A stretch of 64,000 bases of DNA, taken from contig JBAZYF010000002.1 of assembly GCA_041659505.1 (NCBI GenBank), positions 115,966 through 179,965 of the forward strand. Reading direction: 5' to 3'. The stretch's first letter is position 1; each line of letters opens with the position of its first letter. Shown here piece by piece: positions 40,282 to 50,592 of this stretch. The notes below the pieces were generated by a model that had not been told where the DNA came from, did not search any database, and saw nothing but the letters and a program-made list of their open reading frames with translations. The position numbers were made by a program, and so were the translations under genes. This DNA comes from Parcubacteria group bacterium (lineage in GTDB: Bacteria > Patescibacteriota > Minisyncoccia > Moranbacterales > UBA2206).

Positions 40282-41799
40282 TCAGTCCACGAAAAGTCCA
40301 CTTGGTGATGCTGGCGGAGTGGCATCGCTTTCGTTAGAAACATATTCATAGGCGCCGATATCCCAATTAGCGCCTTGCGGACGGGAGACGCCAGCCTTAT
40401 CGACGATAAAATAGCCCGCCAGACTGACACCATGATCGATGGCGGGAGATCCGCCTTGCGGCTTGAAATTTCCATCAAGTAATGGGCTTCCTGTTCTACT
40501 ATTCAATTCGAATGTCTCATGCGCTACTTTCCAGGTTGGCAAATCCAACTGAGACCAACTTCCGTTAAGAAACGTCTCTCCCGAAGAGAATAAATTATAG
40601 TCAGATTCAGTGACACTACTAGCGCTGGAAAAGGGACCGATGGCTAGTCCGCCATTGTTAAATAAATTATTTTCAACAACCGCGTCGGTGACACCTCCCA
40701 ATTCTATGGCCGTCACTCCGTCAGCAGAAATGAAGGTATTATTGACAATCAACGCGCCGTCATCCTGCTTCAGATAAATCATGCCATTTGAACAGATTCC
40801 GGGGTTAACATCCATGACAAACAAGTTATTATAATATTTGGGACCAATAATGGGCCCTTCGCCAAATAAGGCTGTGGTTGTATTTGTGCCACATGCGCCG
40901 TGATAGTAATTATTGTAAATTTTAAGTCCGGTGACTTGAGTGTTTGTGTGTGCAGCAAAGACGTGGGTCAAATCAGTATGGATAGTTGGTGCGCCGCTCC
41001 ACTTTAGCCCCCGACTCAAGTCATTGTTATATATTTGAACATTTTCAATCGATGAATCCACATAGCCAGACCCGACGGTGATAGCTACCGCGCTGTCGGA
41101 AATAGCATTATTATAGACACTAACATTGGCAGAAACTCCGCCATACCAGGAAAAATATACCACTTTATTTCCGTCATGAACCACATTATCATGAAATGAG
41201 ATGTCATTAAGTACTCCGCTAAATTCAGCTGCCGTTCCATAGGCATTCTCCTCCGTTCCCTCTTCTCGGACATACATATTGGAAAATGTCATATTTTTAA
41301 CTTCCCAATGAGACGGATTACCGGAAACATTAAGAAAAGTAGAATTGACCGAATTGCCAAGACCAGTTCCATTATCCGTATTTTCAATAGTCCCATTTTC
41401 TCCACCATCAATAACTATGTAATTTTTCCCATCGGCATAAATGGACGACAACTCCGCCGTTCCCCAGGCGGCCTGGGACAATTTCGCTCCTGGATCGAAA
41501 AAGATAGTTATCACATTACCATCCGATCCACTAGCTTCCACTACCAGAGTTGATGAGATCGTTCCGCACAAATGTACTGTGTCCCCAGGACCGATTTTGC
41601 TTTCAGCTTTGGGATTAGACCAATTGCCAGATGTATTAAACCAACTGATCGCATGCGCATTAACACAATCTGCGCCAGTATCAAAGCCGGATGTATTTTG
41701 GGTGATATAAAAATCCGCCGCGTGAGAATTTTTCGCCCAGCCGAAAAAGCCGTAGAATATTATTATGACGAAAAAGATTTTTAGTTTGTGTTTATGCAT
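40282..41799 (-). CDS. Secreted right-handed beta-helix protein (paralog of 27513..28967)
   Basis: Signal peptide MHKHKLKIFFVIIIFYGFFGWAKNSHA; beta-helix repeats (NNTFISADGV…NNLFNNGG); tail WDIGAYEYV…PSGLFVD. Confidence 0.7.
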   Translation of the reverse strand: MHKHKLKIFFVIIIFYGFFGWAKNSHAADFYITQNTSGFDTGADCVNAHAISWFNTSGNWSNPKAESKIGPGDTVHLCGTISSTLVVEASGSDGNVITIFFDPGAKLSQAAWGTAELSSIYADGKNYIVIDGGENGTIENTDNGTGLGNSVNSTFLNVSGNPSHWEVKNMTFSNMYVREEGTEENAYGTAAEFSGVLNDISFHDNVVHDGNKVVYFSWYGGVSANVSVYNNAISDSAVAITVGSGYVDSSIENVQIYNNDLSRGLKWSGAPTIHTDLTHVFAAHTNTQVTGLKIYNNYYHGACGTNTTTALFGEGPIIGPKYYNNLFVMDVNPGICSNGMIYLKQDDGALIVNNTFISADGVTAIELGGVTDAVVENNLFNNGGLAIGPFSSASSVTESDYNLFSSGETFLNGSWSQLDLPTWKVAHETFELNSRTGSPLLDGNFKPQGGSPAIDHGVSLAGYFIVDKAGVSRPQGANWDIGAYEYVSNESDATPPASPSGLFVD

Positions 41800-41955
41800 T
41801 TTTTGTTTCTATGGCTTCAAGTGAAATAACCTGGATTTTTACTGCAAAAAATCCAGCTTTTTGGCTGACTTAATTATACCACAAATTCAGGAAAAATTCC
41901 GGCTGATATTTTTCACGACGCTGATGTTTTAATAAATTTGTTTTGATATAAAATA

Positions 41956-43227
41956 CTAGCGCTCTAACAGCCACCTCCAAAGTGGAATGAATTGAATTTT
42001 TCTATCTTTATACACCTCCTCACCATCTTCATCCCAAGTTACGACAACGAGTTTGTTGCAATTAAGCTCCTTGCTTGATTTGACCAAAGCCGACAATTCT
42101 CTTTCTTTGGTTTCAATATTTTTCAAGTCGTAGCAAACCTGGATAAGCTCAGTTACTTTATTGTTTTTTCTGATCAGAAAATCCACTTCACCGCCATTTT
42201 CATTTATATAAAAATACGTCTCCTTATTTTTCATTTTCAAATCCAAAAAAACCAAATTTTCCAGCATCCGGCCTGAATTGGGAGAATTTTGAAAAGAAAT
42301 CGCATTTATCATGCCATTGTCGATGCAATAGATTTTTCTCGCACTGTTTAGCTGTTGTTTTAATTTGAAAGAAAAGGGCAAAAGTTCAAAGATTAAATAG
42401 GCTTCCTCTAAATAATTGACATAATTTTTCACCGTGTGTGAACTTTTTATTTCAAAAACTTTTTGCAACTTGCGATAGGTAAAGCGAGAACCAAAATTGG
42501 AAAAAAGATAAACGGCCAGTTCTTTCAATTCTTTCCCAAATCTGACTTTATGGCGAGGCATGATATCGCGACTGATTATTTTATCATACAGATCTCGCAA
42601 ATATTGCTTTTTATTTTCAACAGAAAACAGCTCTGGGAAACCGCCTTGTTGCAGATATTCTTCCAGCGTTTTTTTGACAGTGGCTCGATTTTTCGTCAAA
42701 AACAAGTCTGTCCCTGAAAATTGTAGGCCTTTTCTTTTCAGAAATTCCCCAAATGAAAACGGAAATAGTTCAAGAGAAACATGCCTGCCAGTTAAATGTG
42801 TTGCCAATTCTTGACTGAGCAGTTTGGCATTGCTACCAGTGATCACTAAATTATATCCGGAACGCTTCAGGCGATTGGCAAACAATTCCCAACCTTCGAT
42901 ATTTTGCACTTCATCCAAAAGCAGATATTTCACGTTCGGAGTTATTTCATTTAGCACTTCCAAGAAATCGTTTAAATCTTCCGTCTTGGCTCCGATAAAT
43001 CTTTCATCATCAAAATTAACATACCCATATTCCTTGCCCCTAAGAATTTGATGTGCTAAAAAAGACTTCCCGCACCTACGGACTCCAATGAGCACCTTGA
43101 CTAAATTGTTTTTTAGCGCCTTTCTGACTTCGACCTCCTGATCTCGCTGGATGGTTTTAGTTTCTAGCAATTCGGCTATTTCCATCTTTTGCTCCAAAAG
43201 GACACTTTTAAGCTGTTGCTTTTCCAT
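41956..43227 (-). CDS. AAA+ ATPase (AAA_14 + DUF4143, COG1373 family)
   Basis: Walker A GVRRCGKS, Walker B LLLDEVQ, C-terminal DUF4143-like region. Confidence 0.75.
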   Translation of the reverse strand: MEKQQLKSVLLEQKMEIAELLETKTIQRDQEVEVRKALKNNLVKVLIGVRRCGKSFLAHQILRGKEYGYVNFDDERFIGAKTEDLNDFLEVLNEITPNVKYLLLDEVQNIEGWELFANRLKRSGYNLVITGSNAKLLSQELATHLTGRHVSLELFPFSFGEFLKRKGLQFSGTDLFLTKNRATVKKTLEEYLQQGGFPELFSVENKKQYLRDLYDKIISRDIMPRHKVRFGKELKELAVYLFSNFGSRFTYRKLQKVFEIKSSHTVKNYVNYLEEAYLIFELLPFSFKLKQQLNSARKIYCIDNGMINAISFQNSPNSGRMLENLVFLDLKMKNKETYFYINENGGEVDFLIRKNNKVTELIQVCYDLKNIETKERELSALVKSSKELNCNKLVVVTWDEDGEEVYKDRKIQFIPLWRWLLER

Positions 43228-43275
43228 AGTTCCTCAAACTAACTGCTAATTATATTGCTCAAATAATATCTTTTT

Positions 43276-43293
43276 TGTGCAATATATTGCACA
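43276..43293. promoter_or_regulatory. 18-bp perfect palindrome TGTGCAATATATTGCACA (operator-like) in divergent promoter region
   Basis: Seen in sequence; half-sites resemble CRP/FNR-family TGTGA-N6-TCACA. Confidence 0.4.
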
Positions 43294-43416
43294 TAATTAC
43301 TTTACCCTATCCGCTTTCAACTGTCAAATTTCATCATTATCTTGCCACCAATTAACCACCCATTAGTCTTTCAGCTTTAAGTAACTGCGCTTTAATTTTA
43401 GCCCAACCTTATTTGT

Positions 43417-45222
43417 TTGGCAAAAAGTAAATTTCCCGATATAATAGAGGTGATGAAAAAACTGCAAAATCTCAATGGATATGAGCTTTTTTCCGCCTTC
43501 GGAATTTTTGTTTTGGGGTGGGATTTTTTGGCGATTGTCCTTGCAATGCTGCGAATTTTTTATTGGCCGATCTTATTAGCCTATCTTCTCGCCGGCGCCA
43601 GCTTTCTTTTTTGGCTCATGGTCAAAAATTACAGGCGCATAATCTCACGTCGATCGATCCCATCACTAATCGCGCTGATAATTATCACCCTATCAATTGT
43701 CACCCTAACTTTCTTCACCACGCCCTCTGTTTTTTCCGGACGCGATCAGGGATCATTCAGCGAAGCGGCTATCCGTCTAGCGCAAAACCATCAATTGGAG
43801 TTTGACTCGACTGCCTCGCAGGAATTTTTCAAAATCTATGGCCCGGGCACAGCGCTCAATTTTCCCGGCTTCAACTATACTCCCGGCGGAAAATTGGTGA
43901 CTCATTTTTCTCTAGGCTACATTGCATGGCTCGCCGGTTTCTATGCTATTTTTGGTCTCAGCGGATTTTCTGTCGCTAATGGCGTTTTGTTTTTTCTTTT
44001 TTTATTGTCCTTTTTCCTCCTACTTAAACTCCAAGCAAATACAAGATCGGCTTGGATTGGACTACTTATTGCCCTCAGTACGTTCATTTTTTCCTGGCTG
44101 TTCAAATTCACCTTGAGTGAAAATTTAGCCTTGGGGTTCATCTGGTTTGGTGTTTTAGAGCTCTCTCTGTTTTTGAAATTTCGCAACCAGCTTTATTTCC
44201 TCTCCGCGCTGGGCGCATTTCTTCTGCTTGCATTCACCAGGATCGAAGCTTGGGCACTGCTACTGATGCTCGGCGGTATTATTTTTATTTTTCAAAAAAA
44301 CGAGAAAAAACTTTTTTCCAAACATGATCAGAAAAATATTTTTTGGCTGTTGGGTATTTTTGTTCTCACTTTCACCAGCAACCTCATCGTCAACAGCCAG
44401 TTCTACCGCTCCTCGCTCAAGGGACTCCTGCATTCTTTCTCCCCCGCCGAAAGTGGTCTTGGCACGCTCAGTGTCCTGACATATTTATTTAAGATTTTCT
44501 ATTATTACAACCTGCTGATTTTTCTCCTCATCGCCGCGCTCGCTGTCATCTACTTTCTCGCCAAGAAAAACTATCTGATTCTGATGCCTTTTTTTCTGCT
44601 TTTGCCATTACTCATCTATCTTGTCCATCCGGGAATCTCCCTTGATCACCCCTGGATGCTTCGGCGCTTTGCTTTTGCCATCATCCCGCTGAGTATCTAT
44701 TATACCGTTCTAATTATTAACCGATTATTCACCAAGAAAAATTATCTTTTTTTTCTGATGGCCGCTTTTCTTCTATTGGCAAATTTAGCTTTTTCAGCTC
44801 CCTTGTTCACTTTTTCAGAAAACGAAACACTCCTTATGCAAACGAAGACACTCAGCGAAAATTTCTCCGCTACCGACCTCGTGCTGGTTGATCGCTTGGC
44901 TTCGGGCGATGGTTGGTCAATACCGAGCGGTCCGCTGAGTTTTCTTGGTGGCTTACAGGCAGTCTACTTTTTCAATCCGGATGATCTCGTCAAAATTGAC
45001 ACAAAAAAATTCACTAATGTCTATTTGATCATCCCTAATGCAAGCCTAAGTCTCTACGATAAATCCGGCCTACTGGAAAAACTAATTCCTCAAAAACCCT
45101 ATAGCCTGAGCAGAAATCACCTGATTGTTCCTGATTTTACAAAGACCGGCGGACTTTCCGAAGAAAGACCAATCGACTACAGCAGTACAATAAATGGAGA
45201 AATTTATTTATTGAAACAATAA
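43417..45222 (+). CDS. GT-C fold membrane glycosyltransferase, ArnT/PMT (GT39/83)-like
   Basis: ~13 TM helices; first extracytoplasmic loop SGRDQGSFSEAAIRLAQN resembles ArnT/PMT acidic loop; TTG start per track, possible ATG at 43453. Confidence 0.55.
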   Translation: MAKSKFPDIIEVMKKLQNLNGYELFSAFGIFVLGWDFLAIVLAMLRIFYWPILLAYLLAGASFLFWLMVKNYRRIISRRSIPSLIALIIITLSIVTLTFFTTPSVFSGRDQGSFSEAAIRLAQNHQLEFDSTASQEFFKIYGPGTALNFPGFNYTPGGKLVTHFSLGYIAWLAGFYAIFGLSGFSVANGVLFFLFLLSFFLLLKLQANTRSAWIGLLIALSTFIFSWLFKFTLSENLALGFIWFGVLELSLFLKFRNQLYFLSALGAFLLLAFTRIEAWALLLMLGGIIFIFQKNEKKLFSKHDQKNIFWLLGIFVLTFTSNLIVNSQFYRSSLKGLLHSFSPAESGLGTLSVLTYLFKIFYYYNLLIFLLIAALAVIYFLAKKNYLILMPFFLLLPLLIYLVHPGISLDHPWMLRRFAFAIIPLSIYYTVLIINRLFTKKNYLFFLMAAFLLLANLAFSAPLFTFSENETLLMQTKTLSENFSATDLVLVDRLASGDGWSIPSGPLSFLGGLQAVYFFNPDDLVKIDTKKFTNVYLIIPNASLSLYDKSGLLEKLIPQKPYSLSRNHLIVPDFTKTGGLSEERPIDYSSTINGEIYLLKQ

Positions 45223-45271
45223 TCCGCACAATTATTCATACATTCGTATAAATTCTTAATTCGTAGAGAAT

Positions 45272-46609
45272 ATGCTCGATCTGACCAGGGAAATCAAGCT
45301 AGATGAAAAAAATACTTTGCGCTACCGACGCTGGCAGGCTTTTTTCTATGCCTTTTGTTTTGCCAGTGCGCTCTATGTCGCTTATTTCATCTTTTTTCCC
45401 ACCCAAGAATTTAACTTTTCCTTCACAATGTTAACGTCCAACAAGGGCAATGCGGTCAACCCAAGAACTACTGATGGAACATTAATCACTGACGGAAAAT
45501 TCTCCGCCGGACAAAAAAGTTTTTTCGACACCTCGCTGGTCGGCAGTTTTTCTAAGATTAAGCTGAGCTTCACGCCAAATAGACTATCCACAAGCCCAGA
45601 AAATTCTCACATCGATTTGCGCAAATCCTATCGCGCGTTTCTTTTTCCCGAGGGTAGTCCAGTTGGTTTTAAAAATGGCACATTAGTTAAGCATGAAAAC
45701 GCTTTCTATCTTATCTCTGCGGGAAAACTGAGAAAATTCAAAGATCGGTCGACACTTTTTGCGCTTGGTTTTTCGGAAAGTGCCTTTATCGATACTGACG
45801 AGCAAGATTTGAGCTACACTCCACTGGATGAAGAAATCACAGATACAAAAATTTACCCAGCAGATTCACTCTTCAAAATCGACGACGTTTATTATCGTTC
45901 AAGTACTGACGGAAGCTTGGAAAAATTCAGCAGCGCAGGGGCTTTTCACAGTCAGTATGAGGAAAATTTTGCCATCCCCAAAAATGCCGATTTTCTTAAT
46001 GCTTACGCTGTCGCTAAAAATCCGATCGGTTTTGCTGATAGCTCCCTAATTTCCTATGGCACATCCGCTTTTATCGTCAGTAGGGATAAAATTTATCCGA
46101 TCGGCGACCCAGATATCTTTCTGAATCAGGGCTATGATTGGAATGATATCATAATAGCAAGCAGTGATGAGCTTTCGCTCTATACTAAAGAAAAATTATT
46201 TACGCTCACTAGTGTGCATCCTGATGGAACAATCTTTTTCGCAACAGACACCCAAAAATGGTACCAAATAGAAAATGGGCAAAAGCATGAACTGCCTTCG
46301 GAAAAAATTGCCAATTCCTGGCTCAAAAAACATCCGATCTCTGTCCTGGCAAAAAGTCTCGAGGTTTTGGGCGGTTGTGATTTGCAAAAAGAAACTTTCG
46401 GTGGCTACGCCTGCCTAATTCCCCTGAACGACACGGAAGATACGGCGGGAAAATACTATGAATTCACTTTTGTGGCAAAAAATGACCTGAAAATTGACAA
46501 CCTCAATCTGCTCTATGAAAAAAATATGACCATGCAAAATCTCAAACTCGCCCTGCGCAATATGATTTTACGGATAAAGGCTCGTTATGGAATTCAAAGC
46601 GCACCATAG
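45272..46609 (+). CDS. Hypothetical N-terminally anchored extracytoplasmic protein
   Basis: Single N-terminal TM (WQAFFYAFCFASALYVAYFIFF) then ~400-aa soluble domain; downstream of ArnT-like gene. Confidence 0.55.
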   Translation: MLDLTREIKLDEKNTLRYRRWQAFFYAFCFASALYVAYFIFFPTQEFNFSFTMLTSNKGNAVNPRTTDGTLITDGKFSAGQKSFFDTSLVGSFSKIKLSFTPNRLSTSPENSHIDLRKSYRAFLFPEGSPVGFKNGTLVKHENAFYLISAGKLRKFKDRSTLFALGFSESAFIDTDEQDLSYTPLDEEITDTKIYPADSLFKIDDVYYRSSTDGSLEKFSSAGAFHSQYEENFAIPKNADFLNAYAVAKNPIGFADSSLISYGTSAFIVSRDKIYPIGDPDIFLNQGYDWNDIIIASSDELSLYTKEKLFTLTSVHPDGTIFFATDTQKWYQIENGQKHELPSEKIANSWLKKHPISVLAKSLEVLGGCDLQKETFGGYACLIPLNDTEDTAGKYYEFTFVAKNDLKIDNLNLLYEKNMTMQNLKLALRNMILRIKARYGIQSAP

Positions 46610-46633
46610 CAATGCCACAAAATTAATAATTTT

Positions 46634-46663
46634 AGGACTTACGCGATTGCCCGAGTCAGCCGG
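46634..46663 (+). repeat. Copy B of dispersed palindromic element (AGGACTTACGCGATTGCCCGAGTCAGCCGG)
   Basis: Shared core with other five copies. Confidence 0.65.
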
Positions 46664-46817
46664 TTTTTCTAAAAAAATCTTGTCTGAGAACGCCTTTTTT
46701 CTTCAAAATTTTCCATTGGTTGCCTTTGATAGAGGGAAAATTTTGAAAAGAAAAAAGAGCGTTCGAGTTATTTTTTTAGAAAATCCGACTACGAGGTGAA
46801 ATGCGTAACTCCTAAAT

Positions 46818-47243
46818 ATGCAACATTCTATGCAAATATCCTTGAAACAATTCGACAAAAATACCATTGCAATTTTCTACAAACTCTTGCACGACAGCCT
46901 ATTCGTGTTGATTATTTTTTTCAGCCTCACACTTATTGCTGAAGCGGTTCTGCCAGGCATCATTATTTCTCACATCGGCTTTTCTAAGATTGTTATTGTA
47001 CTCCTGCTCAATATTTTTCTGATAAAGTTCTTGGCAGAAAAAATCAGTAATGAAAATATAGCCAAAAAAAATGACGCAAAAAATAAAAGCCTGGCAAAAT
47101 TTGCCAGCCCTTTCATCATCCTTGGCGCGCTACTACTCTTTAATGATCAACTGGGAATGAACCTATTTCTCAATCTTTTCATCATCCTAATTTGCGGAAT
47201 CATCGGATATTTGAGTTATCAAATTTTGTTCAACGAGGAATAA
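46818..47243 (+). CDS. Small hypothetical membrane protein (141 aa, ~4 TM)
   Basis: ORF track; hydrophobic helices. Confidence 0.5.
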   Translation: MQHSMQISLKQFDKNTIAIFYKLLHDSLFVLIIFFSLTLIAEAVLPGIIISHIGFSKIVIVLLLNIFLIKFLAEKISNENIAKKNDAKNKSLAKFASPFIILGALLLFNDQLGMNLFLNLFIILICGIIGYLSYQILFNEE

Positions 47244-47272
47244 TCAGGGCTTACTCGTTTGCCGAGATAAGC

Positions 47273-48388
47273 TTAACTTTTCAAATATTCCAAAGTTTCA
47301 CGTGCGCATTTTTCCCAAGAAAACTTTTTGATCTGCTCAGCGCCTTTTGCAATCATCTCACTGCGCAGACTCTCATTCCCCAATACCTGCTCGATTTTCT
47401 CCGCCAAGTCAGCGGGATTTTTTTCGTCAAAATATAGCGGCGCATCGCCCCCCACTTCTCCTAGGCTCGAATTTAGGGCACAAAGGAGTGGTACACGTGA
47501 AGCCAAAATCTCAAGCACGGGAATACCAAAACCTTCGTAGAGTGAAGGATAAACATAGACGCTCGCGCCACGGACCAATGTTCCCATATCGGCAAAAGTC
47601 AGTCGACCAGGTGTGATAATATCTTTTCGAAATGGGCTACTCGTAATTTTTTCAAATACACCATCAGACAGCCAAGCCCTTTCGCCGGCGATAACCAATT
47701 TAATCTCCGATTTAGTTTTTTTCTTGAACAGATCATATGCCTCTACCAGCACACCCAAATTTTTCCGTGGCTGGATTGCTCCGGCATATAAAAGATATTC
47801 CCCTGCGATTCCCATCCGCTCCTTGGTTTTGTTTTCGATTTCCAAATTGCGCAGCACAGCAAACACTTCCGCGTCAAAGCCATGATAGATCACTTTGATT
47901 TTTTTCTCGGAAACGTCCGGATAAAACCGTAAAATATCTTTTTTGGTCGACTCGGAAATGGCAATGATTTTATCCGCTTTCCTAAACGCCCAATTCCCCA
48001 AAAGATTAAGTTTGAATAAATCTTTTTTGGGGAAATACTCGGGAAAATATTTATAGGCCAAATCATGCGCCGTCACCACAATTTTCATCTTTCCAATGCA
48101 ACGAAGCGGAATATTGTGCATTGGCATCCAAAGCACTTCTGGCTTGTCACGGCACAGCTCTCCTGCCAACCAACCTTGCGTCCAAAAAACCGGACGATTT
48201 TTTTGTTTGATCCTGTAATTGGAAAAATTCGGCGACTTAAGCTCAGGGTTAAATTCATTCTTATGATATAGCAAAAATTCACTGGTCGGATCCAACGCCC
48301 CAAAAAATTTCAACATATTATGGATATACACACGCGTCCCATCGATCCGCTCTGCGTCGAGATCCGCTACTTGAATGCCAATTTTCAT
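47273..48388 (-). CDS. Glycosyltransferase family 1 (GT4-like)
   Basis: YVYPSLYEGFGIPVLEILASRVPLLCA EX7E region. Confidence 0.75.
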   Translation of the reverse strand: MKIGIQVADLDAERIDGTRVYIHNMLKFFGALDPTSEFLLYHKNEFNPELKSPNFSNYRIKQKNRPVFWTQGWLAGELCRDKPEVLWMPMHNIPLRCIGKMKIVVTAHDLAYKYFPEYFPKKDLFKLNLLGNWAFRKADKIIAISESTKKDILRFYPDVSEKKIKVIYHGFDAEVFAVLRNLEIENKTKERMGIAGEYLLYAGAIQPRKNLGVLVEAYDLFKKKTKSEIKLVIAGERAWLSDGVFEKITSSPFRKDIITPGRLTFADMGTLVRGASVYVYPSLYEGFGIPVLEILASRVPLLCALNSSLGEVGGDAPLYFDEKNPADLAEKIEQVLGNESLRSEMIAKGAEQIKKFSWEKCARETLEYLKS

Positions 48389-48395
48389 TTTTTTT

Positions 48396-48534
48396 AGGAC
48401 TTACGCGTTTGCCAAAGAGTTGTTCGCACAAGCATTTCTCTTTACACAAAAGGCTAATAGTAAACCAAAATCAAACTGACCGAAATGAGGAAACGTCGCT
48501 TTTAGAATAATTCCTTGGTAAATGCATAAGTCCT
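48396..48534 (+). repeat. Copy C: ~139-nt hairpin element with imperfect 21-nt terminal inverted repeats (AGGACTTACGCGTTTGCCAAAGAG … CCTTGGTAAATGCATAAGTCCT); homologous to 54243..54380
   Basis: Ends pair with G-U-compatible substitutions; internal blocks (GTTGTTCGCAC, GGTAAACCA, CTTTTAGAATAATT) shared with copy D. Confidence 0.65.
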
Positions 48535-48547
48535 GATTTAATTCAAA

Positions 48548-50032
48548 TTAAATTAATTCACCTTTTTTAATTTTCCTGGCAAAATCCTTAAAGCCTTCTT
48601 GTTTGTCTTGTTCAAACATCGCCTTCACCGCGATTGGCGTTGTGGCCGGTGATTTCCAGTTGTAGATAGATTTCAGGTTTTTGCGCATCACGTAGGCGGT
48701 TTTGACCAGAAAATTCGTGTCCCCTTGCACTGGACAAGCGTAGATGTATTCACAAGGATCGCCGCTTTGATTGTAGGTACTTTTGATTTCAAAAGAGATC
48801 GGTAGACCCTTCTCCTTCATCACGCGATAAGATTTAACCGGGTTGGGATAGTGGTTGAAATTTTTGTTCAAGTGCTTGATCTCTTCATTTTTGATATTTT
48901 TAAGCTGGTTGCTTTCAATCATCACCACCCGCCCTAGTTTTTTGTCATAGAAACTCGCTCCACCCTTTTGGGGCTTGATCGGATTTTGCGCCACGATCTC
49001 CATCACCATCGAATAACCCTTCTTTCCTAGATCAAGAGCAAGCGTCAAACTAGGCAGGTCGATCGAGCACGTCAAATAACCCAAGTCTTCGACATTATAG
49101 GATAAAAGGTCATCGTGCTTGGCCAGCAGTTTTTCAAAATCTTTATTGGAAATCGATTCGCGTTTACTGGTATTTTTTTTATCCACGCGAAAAACCACAT
49201 TGTCGTGGATTTTTTGCATGATCAACTGTCCATGATTGTGCAGTCGCTTATTCTTCTCTGTTGTCCGGTCATAATAGAGACAACCTTCTTTGATATAGAT
49301 ACCATGAAAACTGCGTTGGATCATAAAATAAACTTTTTTTGGATCAAGTCCGAAAAAATTGAACCGTTTGAATTCTTCCAAAATTTCCTCGGCTGTCTGT
49401 TCATTGAGGATTATGATCGTGCTCTGCTTGGCCAGCACTTTTTTGGGATTCTTGTGATTCCGTTTAGCAATTTGCACCACGTCATAAGCCATCTGAAGCA
49501 TGTGCCTGTTGCCAAGAGAAATATTCATCAGACTCTTGGGATCCTTGCCAGTCACTTCCAACACTTTTTCTTCTGTGATATTCTCATTGATCTTTTTCGT
49601 TTCCTCGTCCAAACGCTTCCCTTCCAATCCCGCTTTCTTAGCTTCACGGATCGCTTCTTGGCGCATATGAAAGACGACTTCCGTCAAGGAAAACTGACTG
49701 AGATTTAGGAGGTATTTTGTTCCCAGTCCCAAGCGCGTCGCTTCGCCGGCCGCTGTATGTTCCCAGAGGAATTTTCCGGCTAAAATCGCTTTTTCCGCCG
49801 GAAGTGTTTTAATCTTATCATCATCCAGGGTGATAATCTTACTTTGATCGATCGGTTCAAGCTCGTCAAAATTTTCATAGCAGTTGATTGCCTTTTCATC
49901 CCGTTTAATATCCTTCAACGTAATTTTTTTCAGATCGGCGTAATAGTTCCTGAGCATCCATTCGATATAGCGGAGAACAGAGATACGATACTCTTCAAAG
50001 GAGTCCAGGTGAATCTTGGGTTTTGTGTTCAT
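48548..50032 (-). CDS. UDP-sugar pyrophosphorylase, UDPGP (eukaryotic-type UGPase/UAP) family
   Basis: Nucleotide-binding loop LAGKFLWEHTAAGEATRLGLGTKY resembling L(A)GGxGTRLG of UDPGP family; 494 aa. Confidence 0.55.
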   Translation of the reverse strand: MNTKPKIHLDSFEEYRISVLRYIEWMLRNYYADLKKITLKDIKRDEKAINCYENFDELEPIDQSKIITLDDDKIKTLPAEKAILAGKFLWEHTAAGEATRLGLGTKYLLNLSQFSLTEVVFHMRQEAIREAKKAGLEGKRLDEETKKINENITEEKVLEVTGKDPKSLMNISLGNRHMLQMAYDVVQIAKRNHKNPKKVLAKQSTIIILNEQTAEEILEEFKRFNFFGLDPKKVYFMIQRSFHGIYIKEGCLYYDRTTEKNKRLHNHGQLIMQKIHDNVVFRVDKKNTSKRESISNKDFEKLLAKHDDLLSYNVEDLGYLTCSIDLPSLTLALDLGKKGYSMVMEIVAQNPIKPQKGGASFYDKKLGRVVMIESNQLKNIKNEEIKHLNKNFNHYPNPVKSYRVMKEKGLPISFEIKSTYNQSGDPCEYIYACPVQGDTNFLVKTAYVMRKNLKSIYNWKSPATTPIAVKAMFEQDKQEGFKDFARKIKKGELI

Positions 50033-50126
50033 TAGTTTTATGCTTTTGGGCCTTAAAGGTTAAACGCAGGTTTTTGGCCTGCGTTTGAATTATACAATAT
50101 TTTTTACTCCGAGTGCAATACAAGCG

Positions 50127-50531
50127 CTAACAGATATCGCAAACAGGATATTTCGTGCCTCTTTTGACAAAATTCGTTTCCACGTCTTTAAGATCAAACA
50201 TTTTTTTAAAATAGTTCACTACAAAAGCAGTATCCATCCCATTTTTGCAAGTATAAGCGTCAATGCTGACAAAACCGCGCGCTGGAAAGGTGTGGACGCT
50301 AATGTGACTCTCCATAATCACCACAAATCCGCTCCAACCACCCGGGTCTTTAATCTTATTCGATTTGGCAAAATAAATTTCTGGTTCGCTCAAGCGATGC
50401 ATCCCTAAAAGTTCAGGGAGTTCAGTGAGACTTCGCAAAACCAACTCTTTATCATTCAGCTTTTCAGGATCTCCCTGATATCCGTCGAGCATCAGGTGCT
50501 CTCCGAAATTGCACGTGTTTTTCTCTTCCAT
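50127..50531 (-). CDS. speH: S-adenosylmethionine decarboxylase proenzyme (pyruvoyl-dependent, SpeH/SpeD class 1)
   Basis: Self-cleavage motif IMESHISVHTFP (ES↓S) characteristic of AdoMetDC. Confidence 0.75.
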   Translation of the reverse strand: MEEKNTCNFGEHLMLDGYQGDPEKLNDKELVLRSLTELPELLGMHRLSEPEIYFAKSNKIKDPGGWSGFVVIMESHISVHTFPARGFVSIDAYTCKNGMDTAFVVNYFKKMFDLKDVETNFVKRGTKYPVCDIC

Positions 50532-50592
50532 TTTTACTTAAAATAATTAAACTATTTATAAAATGCTCACGCAGAATACATTAAATTTTAGC

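Noticed and set aside
41905-41925. Possible seventh copy of repeat family (TTTTCACGAC…)
   Set aside because: Only a 10-nt match to the A/F lead-in; core palindrome absent.
46587-46799. 70-aa + ORF
   Set aside because: Spans repeat copy B and intergenic DNA; no coding signature.
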